Assembly: GCA_017532425.1 (NCBI GenBank)
Contig: JAFXJH010000136.1
Location: 12,027-76,026, forward strand
DNA length: 64,000 bases
Origin: Clostridia bacterium
Lineage (GTDB): Bacteria; Bacillota; Clostridia; Oscillospirales; CAG-272
Direction: 5' to 3'
This document shows positions 45,341 through 54,541 of this stretch, one piece after another. Positions within the stretch are counted from its first letter, which is position 1, and each line of letters opens with the position of its first letter. The notes beneath the pieces are model-generated. The model was not told the DNA's origin. It saw only the letters and a list, made by a program, of their open reading frames with translations, and searched no databases. The position numbers were made by a program, and so were the translations under genes.

Positions 45341-45539
45341 ATTATCCCTCCTTTACCATTTGTCTATATGATATCACGCGGCTTTCGAATTTGCAATACA
45401 TATATTAAAAAAAGCGACATATCATTAAAAAAAGTGTCGCGTATATAAATGGACTTTTGACTTTTTTAAAGTTAAAATATATTCGTATCATACCCGATAT
45501 GAGTATACATAATAATTACGAAAGCGAGTACAGAATAAT

Positions 45540-46604
45540 ATGAATATTACGATCAAAGAAGATGCAAGGATCATATGCTCAAATCCTAACGGCATTCACA
45601 ATTATTTCGGTTGGCCTTCGGTTGCAAGACTTCAGGACGGCAGCCTTATGGCGGTTGCAAGCGGATTCAGAATCGCGCACGTTTGTCCGTTTGGCAAGGT
45701 AGTAGCTTTAAGAAGCTATGACGAAGGTAAAAGCTGGACCGCTCCCGAGGTGATAATAGATACCCCGCTTGACGACCGCGACGGAGGTGTTATGACCTTT
45801 GGCGATAAGGGCGTAATTATAACGAGCTTCAATAATGAACCGTCGTTTCAGAGAAGACATCCGCAGCTTAAGCCGACTTACGCTAATGCCTATCTTGACG
45901 AGGTAGAGAAGAACGGTGACTGGAAGAATTTCCTTGGCTCAACTCTTGCGATAAGCGATGACGGCGGCAAGACCTTCAGAGGACCGTACGTTGTGCCGAT
46001 ATCCTCACCTCACGGTCCTTGTGAGCTTTCGGACGGTACTGTGTTCTACGTGGGCAGACTTTTTGACGATAACGGCTCAAAAAGCCATATTGAATGTCAT
46101 ACCTTGACACCTGATGCAAAGACCGAGCTACGCTCAAGAATAGAAGATATTTCCCCCGAGCTTCTTTCGTGTGAGCCGCACGCTATACAGCTTAAAAACG
46201 GAAGAATAGTAGTTCATATCAGAGTTCAGGATTATAAAGGTAAGGTATTTACTATATATCAGAGCGTGTCTGACGATATGGGATATACCTTTACAAAGCC
46301 GGTACAGATTCTTACAGATAAGGGCGGATCGCCCGCACATCTTATAGAGCATTCCTCGGGTGCACTGATCTCGGTATACGGATACCGAGAGGCACCCTTC
46401 GGAATACGAGCTATGATAAGCTATGATAACGGAGAAACGTGGGAGACCGATCTTGTAATTACTGATAAAGAGCCTACGCCCGACCTCGGATATCCCGGCT
46501 CGGTAGAGCTTGAGGACGGCAATATACTTACTGTTTTCTACACACGCGAAAGCAAAACGAGCGCATCTGTTATAAAGCAGGTAGTATGGAATTTTAACGA
46601 ATAA
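45540..46604 (+). CDS. cytoplasmic Asp-box (BNR_2-like) beta-propeller protein, sialidase fold
   Basis: No signal peptide. Four Asp-box-like motifs (SYDEGKSW, SDDGGKTF, SDDMGYTF, SYDNGETW). Confidence 0.7.
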   Translation: MNITIKEDARIICSNPNGIHNYFGWPSVARLQDGSLMAVASGFRIAHVCPFGKVVALRSYDEGKSWTAPEVIIDTPLDDRDGGVMTFGDKGVIITSFNNEPSFQRRHPQLKPTYANAYLDEVEKNGDWKNFLGSTLAISDDGGKTFRGPYVVPISSPHGPCELSDGTVFYVGRLFDDNGSKSHIECHTLTPDAKTELRSRIEDISPELLSCEPHAIQLKNGRIVVHIRVQDYKGKVFTIYQSVSDDMGYTFTKPVQILTDKGGSPAHLIEHSSGALISVYGYREAPFGIRAMISYDNGETWETDLVITDKEPTPDLGYPGSVELEDGNILTVFYTRESKTSASVIKQVVWNFNE

Positions 46605-46624
46605 AAGAAAAAAGGAGAATAAAA

Positions 46625-47515
46625 ATGTCCGATAATATTATTAAAGGCATAATGCCGGCGCTTGTCACTCCGCTTAATAATGACAGAACAACTATTAACG
46701 TTTCCGCGCTCAGAAAGCTGATATCCTTCCATAAATCGCAGGGAGCCGACGGCTTTTACGTTGCAGGAGCAACGGGTGAAGGCCTTGTTCTTTCTATGGA
46801 TGCCAAGAAAAAGCTTATCGAGGAATCGGTAAGTGCGATAGGTGCTGATAAGCTGAAGATATTCCATATTGCCGATATGAATTTTGAGAATACGAAAATT
46901 CTCGCAAAGTATGCGCAGGATGCAGGTGCAGACGCTATATCTGCGATACCGCCCATATATTTCGGCTACGATGCAGACGATATATATAACTACTATAAAG
47001 AAATTGCCGCGCAGGTAAAAATACCGCTGATGCTATATTATACACCTTCGGCGAATACGACGATAGATACTTCGCTCTTTTTGCGCCTTGTCGAAATAGA
47101 TAATATAACCTCTATCAAGTGGACGGTAAAGGACTATTATAAGCTTATAGAGCTTCTTTCGCAGGCAAACGGAAGGCTGAACATAATAAACGGCCCCGAT
47201 GAAATGCTCCTTTGCGGACTTTCTGCGGGATGTGCGGGCGGAATAGGAACGACTTATAACGTTATGCTTCCCCTTTATAAAAAGATATATGAGCTTTATA
47301 ATAAGGGAGATATGAAGAGCGCACTTGAGGTACAAAAGGAAGCCGATAAATTCATAAGCGTTATGCTTCGCTATAGCCTTATTCCTGCGGTGAAAGCAAT
47401 TCTCGAAGAGATGGGCTTTGACGTAGGTCCTGCAAGTGCTCCGATGAAGCTGTATGGCGCAGAGGAAAAGAAGCAGATAATAAGCGCTATGAAGAATGCA
47501 GGCTTTGAGTTTTAA
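46625..47515 (+). CDS. DHDPS/N-acetylneuraminate-lyase family class I aldolase
   Basis: TIM-barrel DapA/NanA pattern (ALVTPL, GFYVAGATGEG, YYTP, SIKWTVKD with a candidate Schiff-base Lys). Confidence 0.75.
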   Translation: MSDNIIKGIMPALVTPLNNDRTTINVSALRKLISFHKSQGADGFYVAGATGEGLVLSMDAKKKLIEESVSAIGADKLKIFHIADMNFENTKILAKYAQDAGADAISAIPPIYFGYDADDIYNYYKEIAAQVKIPLMLYYTPSANTTIDTSLFLRLVEIDNITSIKWTVKDYYKLIELLSQANGRLNIINGPDEMLLCGLSAGCAGGIGTTYNVMLPLYKKIYELYNKGDMKSALEVQKEADKFISVMLRYSLIPAVKAILEEMGFDVGPASAPMKLYGAEEKKQIISAMKNAGFEF

Positions 47516-47546
47516 ACGATCAGAGCATATTACGAATAATAAAAAT

Positions 47547-47582
47547 ATCCCGTGTGACTAACTTTCACACGGGATGTTTCTG
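47547..47582 (+). terminator. intrinsic terminator after the DHDPS/NAL-family gene
   Basis: ATCCCGTGTGA...TCACACGGGAT stem followed by GTTTCTGTT. Confidence 0.65.
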
Positions 47583-47607
47583 TTAAAGCAAAGCTTTTAT
47601 TACTTAG

Positions 47608-47639
47608 AAAAAATCCTCGGATAAGTCCGAGGATTTTTT
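47608..47639. terminator. bidirectional terminator immediately 3' of tRNA-Ser
   Basis: AAAAAATCCTCGGA...TCCGAGGATTTTTT. Confidence 0.75.
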
Positions 47640-47640
47640 A

Positions 47641-47728
47641 CGGAGAGAGTGGGATTTGAACCCACGAAGCGTTTTTGGCGCTTACGCGATTTCCAGTCGC
47701 GCGCCTTCGACCACTCGGCCATCTCTCC
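47641..47728 (-). tRNA. tRNA-Ser (anticodon GGA)
   Basis: The reverse complement folds as a class II tRNA: acceptor GGAGAGA/TCTCTCC, anticodon stem CGCGA/TCGCG with loop CTGGAAA, long variable arm, T-arm GTGGG-TTCAAAT-CCCAC. CCA is not encoded. Confidence 0.92.
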
Positions 47729-47762
47729 ATATAGGATGATGAGCACTTTGCTCGACCCCACA

Positions 47763-47791
47763 AGTATATCATAATAAAAACGATTTGTCAA
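47763..47791 (-). promoter_or_regulatory. sigma-A-type promoter candidate for tRNA-Ser
   Basis: On the minus strand: TTGACA, 17 nt (ending in TGA), TATACT; ~30 nt upstream of the mature 5' end. Confidence 0.5.
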
Positions 47792-47876
47792 GATAAAAAA
47801 CACAAAAAATCAAATTTTTTTAAAATTATTTTTGCGTTTTTCGAAGTCGGGGAAATGCTCATCATCCAAACAACGT

Positions 47877-49157
47877 TTAATCGATATAATCAAGAATATC
47901 TATTCCGATCAGAGGAAGAATTCTTGTGAAGCATATACGGTGACGCATATAAGGGTGATATTTAAGACCCTCGCGAAGAAGCTCAGGCGAAATGCCGATG
48001 TCTTCGATCTCTGTGGGTGCTCCTGCCATATGCATAAGCTTTAAGAGCTCATCCTGCTTCAGAAGTATCTTGTCAGCAAGCTCGCGAATCTCGGGCCAAC
48101 ACTCTTCGAGCTTTCCCGGAATTACCTCGTCGATTATGGAAGGGAAGTTAAGGCGCTTGATATCGGGTTGCGTTTCTTCAGGGAACGTTGAGAGTATTTC
48201 GTCCCAATCGGGATTTTCGGGGCGTTCCTTTACGGTAGGATTGCGATCGATAACGTTTCTGAATATCTTGTTCATTATAACTGTCGCAACACCTACCTTC
48301 TTTCCATGGAATTCCTGCGGAATATCGCGTACGAGCTTGTAGCATTCCCAGTAGTGAGAAAGAATGTGCTCTGCACCCGAAGCTGGACGGGAAGTGTTTT
48401 CAAGAGACATTGCAAGACCGGACATAACGAGCGCTTCCATTACGGCGCCTGCAGTTTCCTCGTCCTTCTCGGAAACACGGTCAGCCATAGCGATGAGTCG
48501 TCTTACCGATTCAAGAGCAAGCTCGGCAATTTTGGGGCAGTAGTGCTCGCCCGAAATTATTCTTGCAACGTTCCATTCAAAGTTTGCATTGATCTTTGCA
48601 ACCATATCGCCAAATCCCGAAGCCTTGAGCTCGACAGGGGATTCTGCGAGTATCTTTGTATCAGCGAGGATTATCGACGGAGGAGCAACGTAGATGGATT
48701 CCTTGAAATGTCCGGAAATTATAGGTGCTGAGTTAGAAGCGAATCCGTCCATAGAGGGAGCGGTTGCAAAAATGCAGAACTTCTTTTTACAGTTGAAGCT
48801 TGTAACTCGGCAGATATCGTTGAGCGATCCCGTTCCGACAGAGATTATACCGTCAACGTCGTGCGAAAGCGCGGTGATCTCGGCAATTTCGTTGACAGAG
48901 GCAACACGAAGGTTGTCATAGATTACCTTTTTGATCTTGAAGCCGCTTGCCATAAGCGAGTCCTCAAGACCTTCCGAAACTCTGTATGTGTTGCGGTCGG
49001 CAACCATAAGAATATTTTTAGGAAAATTCTCGCGGTCGAGTATTTCGCCTGCCTTGGCAGTAAGACCGCTGAATATTTCTACGCATTTTACGTCAAAAGA
49101 ATGTTTTCTGCCGCAAGGACAGTCTTTAAGATTTTCAAGAATTGCATTTAGATTCAT
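47877..49157 (-). CDS. iron-containing alcohol dehydrogenase family protein, sn-glycerol-1-phosphate dehydrogenase-like (AraM/EgsA type)
   Basis: Pattern VGTGSLNDICR...APSMDGF...ASGFGDM typical of G1PDH-like enzymes. The ATG at 49157 follows AAAGGA. Confidence 0.6.
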   Translation of the reverse strand: MNLNAILENLKDCPCGRKHSFDVKCVEIFSGLTAKAGEILDRENFPKNILMVADRNTYRVSEGLEDSLMASGFKIKKVIYDNLRVASVNEIAEITALSHDVDGIISVGTGSLNDICRVTSFNCKKKFCIFATAPSMDGFASNSAPIISGHFKESIYVAPPSIILADTKILAESPVELKASGFGDMVAKINANFEWNVARIISGEHYCPKIAELALESVRRLIAMADRVSEKDEETAGAVMEALVMSGLAMSLENTSRPASGAEHILSHYWECYKLVRDIPQEFHGKKVGVATVIMNKIFRNVIDRNPTVKERPENPDWDEILSTFPEETQPDIKRLNFPSIIDEVIPGKLEECWPEIRELADKILLKQDELLKLMHMAGAPTEIEDIGISPELLREGLKYHPYMRHRICFTRILPLIGIDILDYID

Positions 49158-49331
49158 ATGCTGTTCCTTTCGATAAATAATATTAATACCGTACACTGAA
49201 AAGTATAGCATAAATATTTTGAATTTTCAATATTACTGCGAAATTTTCATCTTTTCGACAATCTGCATAAAATTCGATTGCTTTTCTGTGTAATATTTTT
49301 CGCTTATAAGAAAACTTTAGAAAACTCCCTC

Positions 49332-49360
49332 TTGATTTTTTGCGGGGATAAGTGTATAAT
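49332..49360 (+). promoter_or_regulatory. sigma-A-type promoter candidate for the IPMS/homocitrate-synthase-family gene
   Basis: TTGATT, 17 nt, TATAAT. Confidence 0.5.
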
Positions 49361-49440
49361 AAATCAAATGTACAAATTTGATAAAACAGAGAAATTTGTA
49401 TCTTCCCGGAATTTTTATCCGTATGAAAGGAGGATATATA

Positions 49441-50871
49441 ATGCCAATTCCGAAACCAAAAGAATTAATATTTTCAGAGCAGACACACCTGCTTGAGCAG
49501 TCTGCATATCATTATCAGCTTCAGGAGAGAGAAAAGCCAAATCTCTACCGCGACCTATTTGAATATACAAGCATACCCAAGATATCTTTTAACCATAGAA
49601 CAGTTCCGATCAATATGCCGGATGAGATATGGATGACAGATACTACCTTCCGTGACGGACAGCAGTCCACCTCTCCGTTCACAGTACAGCAGATAGTCGA
49701 TCTGTTCACTCTTCTTCATAAGCTTGGCGGTCCGAAGGGACTCGTACGTCAGAGCGAATTTTTTGTTTATACAGAAAAGGACAGACAGGCTATCCGCGCG
49801 TGTCAGGAGCTCGGCTTTGAATTTCCCGAAATAACAAGCTGGATAAGAGCAAACGATAAGGATTTCGAGCTTGTAAAATCGCTCGGTATCAAGGAAACAG
49901 GCGTGCTTGTTTCTTGCTCCGACTATCATATATACAACAAGATGAAGCTTACGAGAAAGCAGGCTATGGAAAAATACCTTGGCGTCGTAAGAAAGGTTCT
50001 TGAAGAGGGAATACGTCCCCGTTGCCATTTTGAGGACATAACCCGTGCAGATTATTACGGATTCGTTCTTCCTTTCACAGAAAGACTTATGGAGCTTGGA
50101 CGTGAATATAACGTGCCGATAAAGATCCGTGCGTGCGACACTCTCGGATACGGTGTTTCTTTCCCCGGTGCGGCACTTCCCAGAAGCGTGCAGGGTATAA
50201 TTTACGGTTTTCTTCATTACGTGGGCGTTCCGTCTTCTATGATAGAATGGCACGGCCATAACGACTTCTATAAGGTCGTTACAAACGCGTCTACAGCATG
50301 GCTTTACGGATGCTCGGGTATAAACTGCTCGATGCTCGGTATAGGCGAGCGTACGGGAAACTGTCCGCTTGAAGCTATGGCAATAGAATACGCATCGCTC
50401 AGAGGTACTACCGACGGAATGGACCTTTCGGTAATTACTGAGATCGCGCGCTATTTTGAGCGTGAGATAGGATATGAGATACCGCCGCGTACACCCTTTG
50501 TTGGAAGAAACTTCAACGTTACAAGAGCCGGTATCCACGCAGACGGTCTTCTTAAGGACGAAGAGATCTATAATATTTTCGATACCACGACAATTCTCGG
50601 TGTTCCCGCAACTGTTGCGATAGACTCGCATAGCGGACTTGCAGGAATTGCTCACTGGATAAACAATTTCTTCCATCTCGACGGAGATAACGTGATAGAT
50701 AAGCATCATCCGATACTTGTTGCTATGAAGGAGCGTGTTGATGTAGAATACGCGCAGGGAAGAAATACGGTTATGTCCGACCTCGAGCTTGAAAACATAC
50801 TCAAGGATATTGACTATGAGTTCTATACCAAGCTTGATCACATAAATATCCGTAAGCATTTTATTGATTAA
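49441..50871 (+). CDS. HMGL-like condensing enzyme of the isopropylmalate/homocitrate synthase family (candidate Re-citrate synthase)
   Basis: TDTTFRDGQQS and HGHNDF motifs. The ATG at 49441 follows GAAAGGAGG. Family-level call only. Confidence 0.65.
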   Translation: MPIPKPKELIFSEQTHLLEQSAYHYQLQEREKPNLYRDLFEYTSIPKISFNHRTVPINMPDEIWMTDTTFRDGQQSTSPFTVQQIVDLFTLLHKLGGPKGLVRQSEFFVYTEKDRQAIRACQELGFEFPEITSWIRANDKDFELVKSLGIKETGVLVSCSDYHIYNKMKLTRKQAMEKYLGVVRKVLEEGIRPRCHFEDITRADYYGFVLPFTERLMELGREYNVPIKIRACDTLGYGVSFPGAALPRSVQGIIYGFLHYVGVPSSMIEWHGHNDFYKVVTNASTAWLYGCSGINCSMLGIGERTGNCPLEAMAIEYASLRGTTDGMDLSVITEIARYFEREIGYEIPPRTPFVGRNFNVTRAGIHADGLLKDEEIYNIFDTTTILGVPATVAIDSHSGLAGIAHWINNFFHLDGDNVIDKHHPILVAMKERVDVEYAQGRNTVMSDLELENILKDIDYEFYTKLDHINIRKHFID

Positions 50872-50881
50872 AAAAATAACA

Positions 50882-50918
50882 GCGGCATATACGATTTTCT
50901 CGTATATGCCGCATTTTT
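50882..50918. terminator. bidirectional terminator between the convergent IPMS-family and Asp-box lipoprotein genes
   Basis: 13-bp stem GCGGCATATACGA/TCGTATATGCCGC flanked by A-run and T-run. Confidence 0.75.
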
Positions 50919-50934
50919 TGTTTAACGTACAGTT

Positions 50935-52680
50935 TTAGTCGTATATCTTGAGCTGAGCGTACTGTATCTGTGATTTACCTGTAGACTGAATATTCGTTGT
51001 GTTTACGTAGTGTATTACAGAAGGATCTGCACCTGTTACCATAATAGGTCTGTAACCAAACAAAACGTTAGGAACGTAGCTTGTATAGTTGCTGTACGGA
51101 AGAGGATTCTTTATAATTTCCCAGGTCATTCCGTTGTCAAAGCTTACGAATATGCTGTTATGAGGAACTCCGCCGATCTGATACTGTCCGGTTACAAAGA
51201 GCGTTCCGTTCTTGCCGCCTGCGGGAGTCCAAAGACATGAGGGGCCTGATGCGAGGACGTATGTGTTTGCACCTGATGACGAGAATGCCTTAATAAGCGT
51301 GCCCGGGTCGGCAGGATTCCATTTGGTTATATCCTTTGTCTTTTTGTAGTAAATGTTTGAGTTGTAGCCGGAACGAACGTATTCATATACAAGGAAGAAT
51401 TCGCCGTTGCCGAGTCTTGTAATTACGGGCATACCGGGACGGTCTGTACTCTTGTTAAATGCACAGACGTCAACCGCATTTTCCCACTTGACACCGTCCT
51501 TGGAGCGCTTGTAAACGATCTTTTGGTCATGCTTGGCATTAGAGTCATCAGAGTAGAAGCAGTAGAGATATCCGTCGTCCTCGTTGTAGAACATAACGGG
51601 TTCCCAAACGCCTTCGCCTATGCCTCCGCCTCTGGCAACTATTGATATCTCCTTCCAAGTCTTTCCGCAGTCTGTGCTTCTCCATACACCGATGTGCGAA
51701 GAGCGCTCATAATTTACCGAGTTTGAAGAGTAGATAAGTGTTCCTGCGGGGAGATTTCCAAGCTTTGCGGGAAGCTCATAGATGTGTGCCATCGAGCCTG
51801 CCCATCCGGTTGAAGTATCTATTGTTTCGGAGGGACGCGCTATAACCTCCCAATTAAGTCCCTTGTCAGTGCTCTTCATTATGCAGGCAAGCGTGTTTTT
51901 GGGATTTGTTACGGCAGTTTCAATTATACAAAAAGCACCGATAAGAATTCCGTTGTTTTCTTTTTTGGGCTGATGCTGAAGCTCAATCACGGAAGGGAAG
52001 TGAACGTCGCTTATTCTTGAGGGGTATCCGAGAATGTCGGACGGGTTCTTTTCGGGGACACCGAGGATTGTAGATACAAGGTTAACGTCGATATCAAGCT
52101 TGTTCTCGATAGAGATGTTCATTTCAACGCTGTAAGGCTGAATGCAGGTCTTTCCTGCGGAAAGATCAAGACCGTTTTCCTTTGTGGAGGTCATAACGTA
52201 ATTGTTTATAAAATAAGTAATGCCTCTCGCGGTTGAAATATCAGTTTTTCCGAGAATAGCTATCTTGTTTTCTGTGATATCGATTATAAATGCATCCTCG
52301 TCGTCGCTTTCGTTAAGCTTTGTGAGAGCGTCTTCGGATTCCTTACGGTTGGTACGGTCGATAAGTATTTCCTTTGCATTCGGGTCGGGAGCGTTGTTTG
52401 GATTGTACCAGTCTGTTTGTACGGCAAGCTCTGCTCCGAGAGCTTCCTTTATTGCAGTCTTTAAGTTTGCCGTCGTACTCGTTATACGCTTGTCGGACGC
52501 ATCGCGGCGGACTATAGTGTATTTGCTGATGTCAAAGACATCAGATCCCTCTTGCGTGGGAGAGTTTTCCTCGATCGGAGGCTTTGTTACGTCTTGATTA
52601 CAAGCTGCAAATACAGAAAGCAAGCTTGCGAGTATTATGATAAGGGCAATAGATCTGCAAAAGAGATTTGTTATTTTCAT
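50935..52680 (-). CDS. lipoprotein with an N-terminal alpha/beta domain and an Asp-box (BNR) beta-propeller
   Basis: Lipobox FAA-C. Asp-boxes STDKGLNW, STDCGKTW, SKDGVKW and SFDNGMTW. Same architecture as 12206..13876. Confidence 0.75.
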   Translation of the reverse strand: MKITNLFCRSIALIIILASLLSVFAACNQDVTKPPIEENSPTQEGSDVFDISKYTIVRRDASDKRITSTTANLKTAIKEALGAELAVQTDWYNPNNAPDPNAKEILIDRTNRKESEDALTKLNESDDEDAFIIDITENKIAILGKTDISTARGITYFINNYVMTSTKENGLDLSAGKTCIQPYSVEMNISIENKLDIDVNLVSTILGVPEKNPSDILGYPSRISDVHFPSVIELQHQPKKENNGILIGAFCIIETAVTNPKNTLACIMKSTDKGLNWEVIARPSETIDTSTGWAGSMAHIYELPAKLGNLPAGTLIYSSNSVNYERSSHIGVWRSTDCGKTWKEISIVARGGGIGEGVWEPVMFYNEDDGYLYCFYSDDSNAKHDQKIVYKRSKDGVKWENAVDVCAFNKSTDRPGMPVITRLGNGEFFLVYEYVRSGYNSNIYYKKTKDITKWNPADPGTLIKAFSSSGANTYVLASGPSCLWTPAGGKNGTLFVTGQYQIGGVPHNSIFVSFDNGMTWEIIKNPLPYSNYTSYVPNVLFGYRPIMVTGADPSVIHYVNTTNIQSTGKSQIQYAQLKIYD

Positions 52681-52701
52681 AGCGAATTCTCCTTATATAA
52701 A

Positions 52702-54414
52702 TTAATCATAAAGCTTAAGCCTTGCATACTGTACCTGCGATCCTTTGACGTAACCTACGTTGGTTATGCTTACGTAATGTATAACCGAAGGATCGGCACC
52801 GAGTACCATTATGGAACGGTATCCTATGCTGTCATTTCCTGCGACAGCACTGTTGTACCACTTGTACGGAAGAGGATTTTCCATCGTTGTCCAGGTTTTT
52901 CCGTAGTCAAAGCTTACGTACATTCTTATTGTCTTGTCTCCGCCGAATTCGCGTCTTCCCATAGCAAAGAGCGTTCCGCATTCTCCACCCGCGGGAGTCC
53001 ATACGCAAGTGGGCGAGGATGCCATTGTATAGTCTGCACCGTTGACCTTGGCTGAAAGAAGTGTACCGGGGTCTGTCGGATTCCATTTAGTTATATCTTT
53101 TGTTGTTTTGTAATATATAAAGCAGTCGTGTCCTTCGCCGCAGTATTCGTAAACAAGGAAATATTCTCCGTTGCCCATCTTCGTTATTATAGGCATACCG
53201 GGACGCTCTCCAAAATTATTGAATGCACATACGTTGACGGCAGATTCCCAGTTAACGCCGTCCTTTGAGCGCTTATAAACTATTCTCTGATCATATTTGC
53301 GGTTGGAGTCATCAGAATAGAAACAGTAGAGATATCCGTTGTCATAGAACATAACCGGTTCCCATACGCCTTCCTTGAGTCCGCCGCCCTCGGCAACTAT
53401 CGTGTACTGCTTCCATGTCTTTCCGCAGTCAAAGCTTCTCCATACACCGATGTGAGAGTACATACTGTAATTTACCGTATTTGCCGAGTAAATAAGCGTT
53501 CCCGCAGGCATATCTCCCACCTTTTCGGGAAGCTCGTAGATGTGCGACATCTGACCAGCCCAGAACCAAGGCTTGAAGGTTTCTGTCGGACGGAATATGA
53601 TCTTCCAGGTCTTTCCGTTGTCAACGCTCTTCATTATACATCCAAGAGAGGACATCGGTCCGCCGGCAGGTGTTTCACCGATAGACATCGCCGCAATAAG
53701 AGTTCCATTGTCTTCTTCGTTAGGCTGATGCTGAAGCTCGATCACCGATGGAAAATATACGTGGTCAAGAGTAGCGGTATAGCCGAGAGTATTTGAAACC
53801 TTTTGCTCGGATGCAAGAACTGTTGACATAACTTCGATATCCATATCGAGCATACCGTCAATAGAGATGTTCTTTATAGCCGTATAGTCCTGAATAACAC
53901 TTTTTCCGTGAGCTGTGTCAAGCTTACTGCCCTTGGGAGAGATCGTAACGTAGTTTTTTATAAAATAAGTAATACCGCGCAGGGTAGAGTAATCGGTCTT
54001 TCCAACGATAACTATCTTGTTTTCGGTGATATCGATTATATAAGCGTCGGTTTCTTTTTCCTCAAGCTTCGCGAGAGCATCGGCAGATTCCTTGCGGTTT
54101 GTTTGGTCTATAAGAATCTCTTTTGCATTCGGGTCGGGAGCATTGTTCGGGTTATACCAGTCTGTCTGCACAGAGAGATCAAGACCGAGAGTAGATTTTA
54201 TGGCAACTTTCATTTTTGACGTCTTTTTCGTAATACTGCTGTCGGATTTGTCATATCTGACTATAGTATATCCGCTGATATCAAGAAGCTCTTTGTTGTC
54301 TTCGGGTGAAGGACCGTCTTCTTTATCTTGCTTACAAGCCGCAAAAATTGAAAGAAGGCTTGCTAAAGCTATAATTATAGCGATCGCTTTGCCAAAAATG
54401 CCGATTTTTTTCAT
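52702..54414 (-). CDS. lipoprotein with an N-terminal alpha/beta domain and an Asp-box (BNR) beta-propeller, paralog of 50935..52680
   Basis: Lipobox FAA-C. Asp-boxes SVDNGKTW, SFDCGKTW, SKDGVNW and SFDYGKTW. Shares long identical stretches with its neighbour. Confidence 0.75.
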   Translation of the reverse strand: MKKIGIFGKAIAIIIALASLLSIFAACKQDKEDGPSPEDNKELLDISGYTIVRYDKSDSSITKKTSKMKVAIKSTLGLDLSVQTDWYNPNNAPDPNAKEILIDQTNRKESADALAKLEEKETDAYIIDITENKIVIVGKTDYSTLRGITYFIKNYVTISPKGSKLDTAHGKSVIQDYTAIKNISIDGMLDMDIEVMSTVLASEQKVSNTLGYTATLDHVYFPSVIELQHQPNEEDNGTLIAAMSIGETPAGGPMSSLGCIMKSVDNGKTWKIIFRPTETFKPWFWAGQMSHIYELPEKVGDMPAGTLIYSANTVNYSMYSHIGVWRSFDCGKTWKQYTIVAEGGGLKEGVWEPVMFYDNGYLYCFYSDDSNRKYDQRIVYKRSKDGVNWESAVNVCAFNNFGERPGMPIITKMGNGEYFLVYEYCGEGHDCFIYYKTTKDITKWNPTDPGTLLSAKVNGADYTMASSPTCVWTPAGGECGTLFAMGRREFGGDKTIRMYVSFDYGKTWTTMENPLPYKWYNSAVAGNDSIGYRSIMVLGADPSVIHYVSITNVGYVKGSQVQYARLKLYD

Positions 54415-54482
54415 AATTTATTCTCCGTGTTTGGGTTGTTTATCTGTTTTTACTACGTATTGTATCGGTATAAATTCATTTG

Positions 54483-54526
54483 AAAAAAGTGTTCCGCACT
54501 CTCGAGCGTACGAGAATGCGGAACAC
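54483..54526 (-). terminator. intrinsic terminator after the Gfo/Idh/MocA gene, separating it from the Asp-box lipoprotein pair
   Basis: 16-bp stem with one mismatch (GTGTTCCGCACTCTCG/CGAGAATGCGGAACAC), followed by TTTTTT on the minus strand. Confidence 0.7.
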
Positions 54527-54541
54527 TCTCTTTTAATATAA

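Noticed and set aside
47600-47803. 67-aa ORF on the minus strand
   Set aside because: It is a translation of the tRNA-Ser gene and its flanks. The tRNA cloverleaf explains the region.
47733-47867. 12-bp inverted repeat GGATGATGAGCA / TGCTCATCATCC flanking the tRNA-Ser promoter region
   Set aside because: By a rough estimate, about one such 12-bp match within ~150 nt is expected by chance in 64 kb, and there is no supporting feature.
49555-50859. 434-aa ORF on the minus strand
   Set aside because: It is antisense to the IPMS/homocitrate-synthase-family gene, which has TDTTFRDGQQS and HGHND motifs. It is a shadow ORF.
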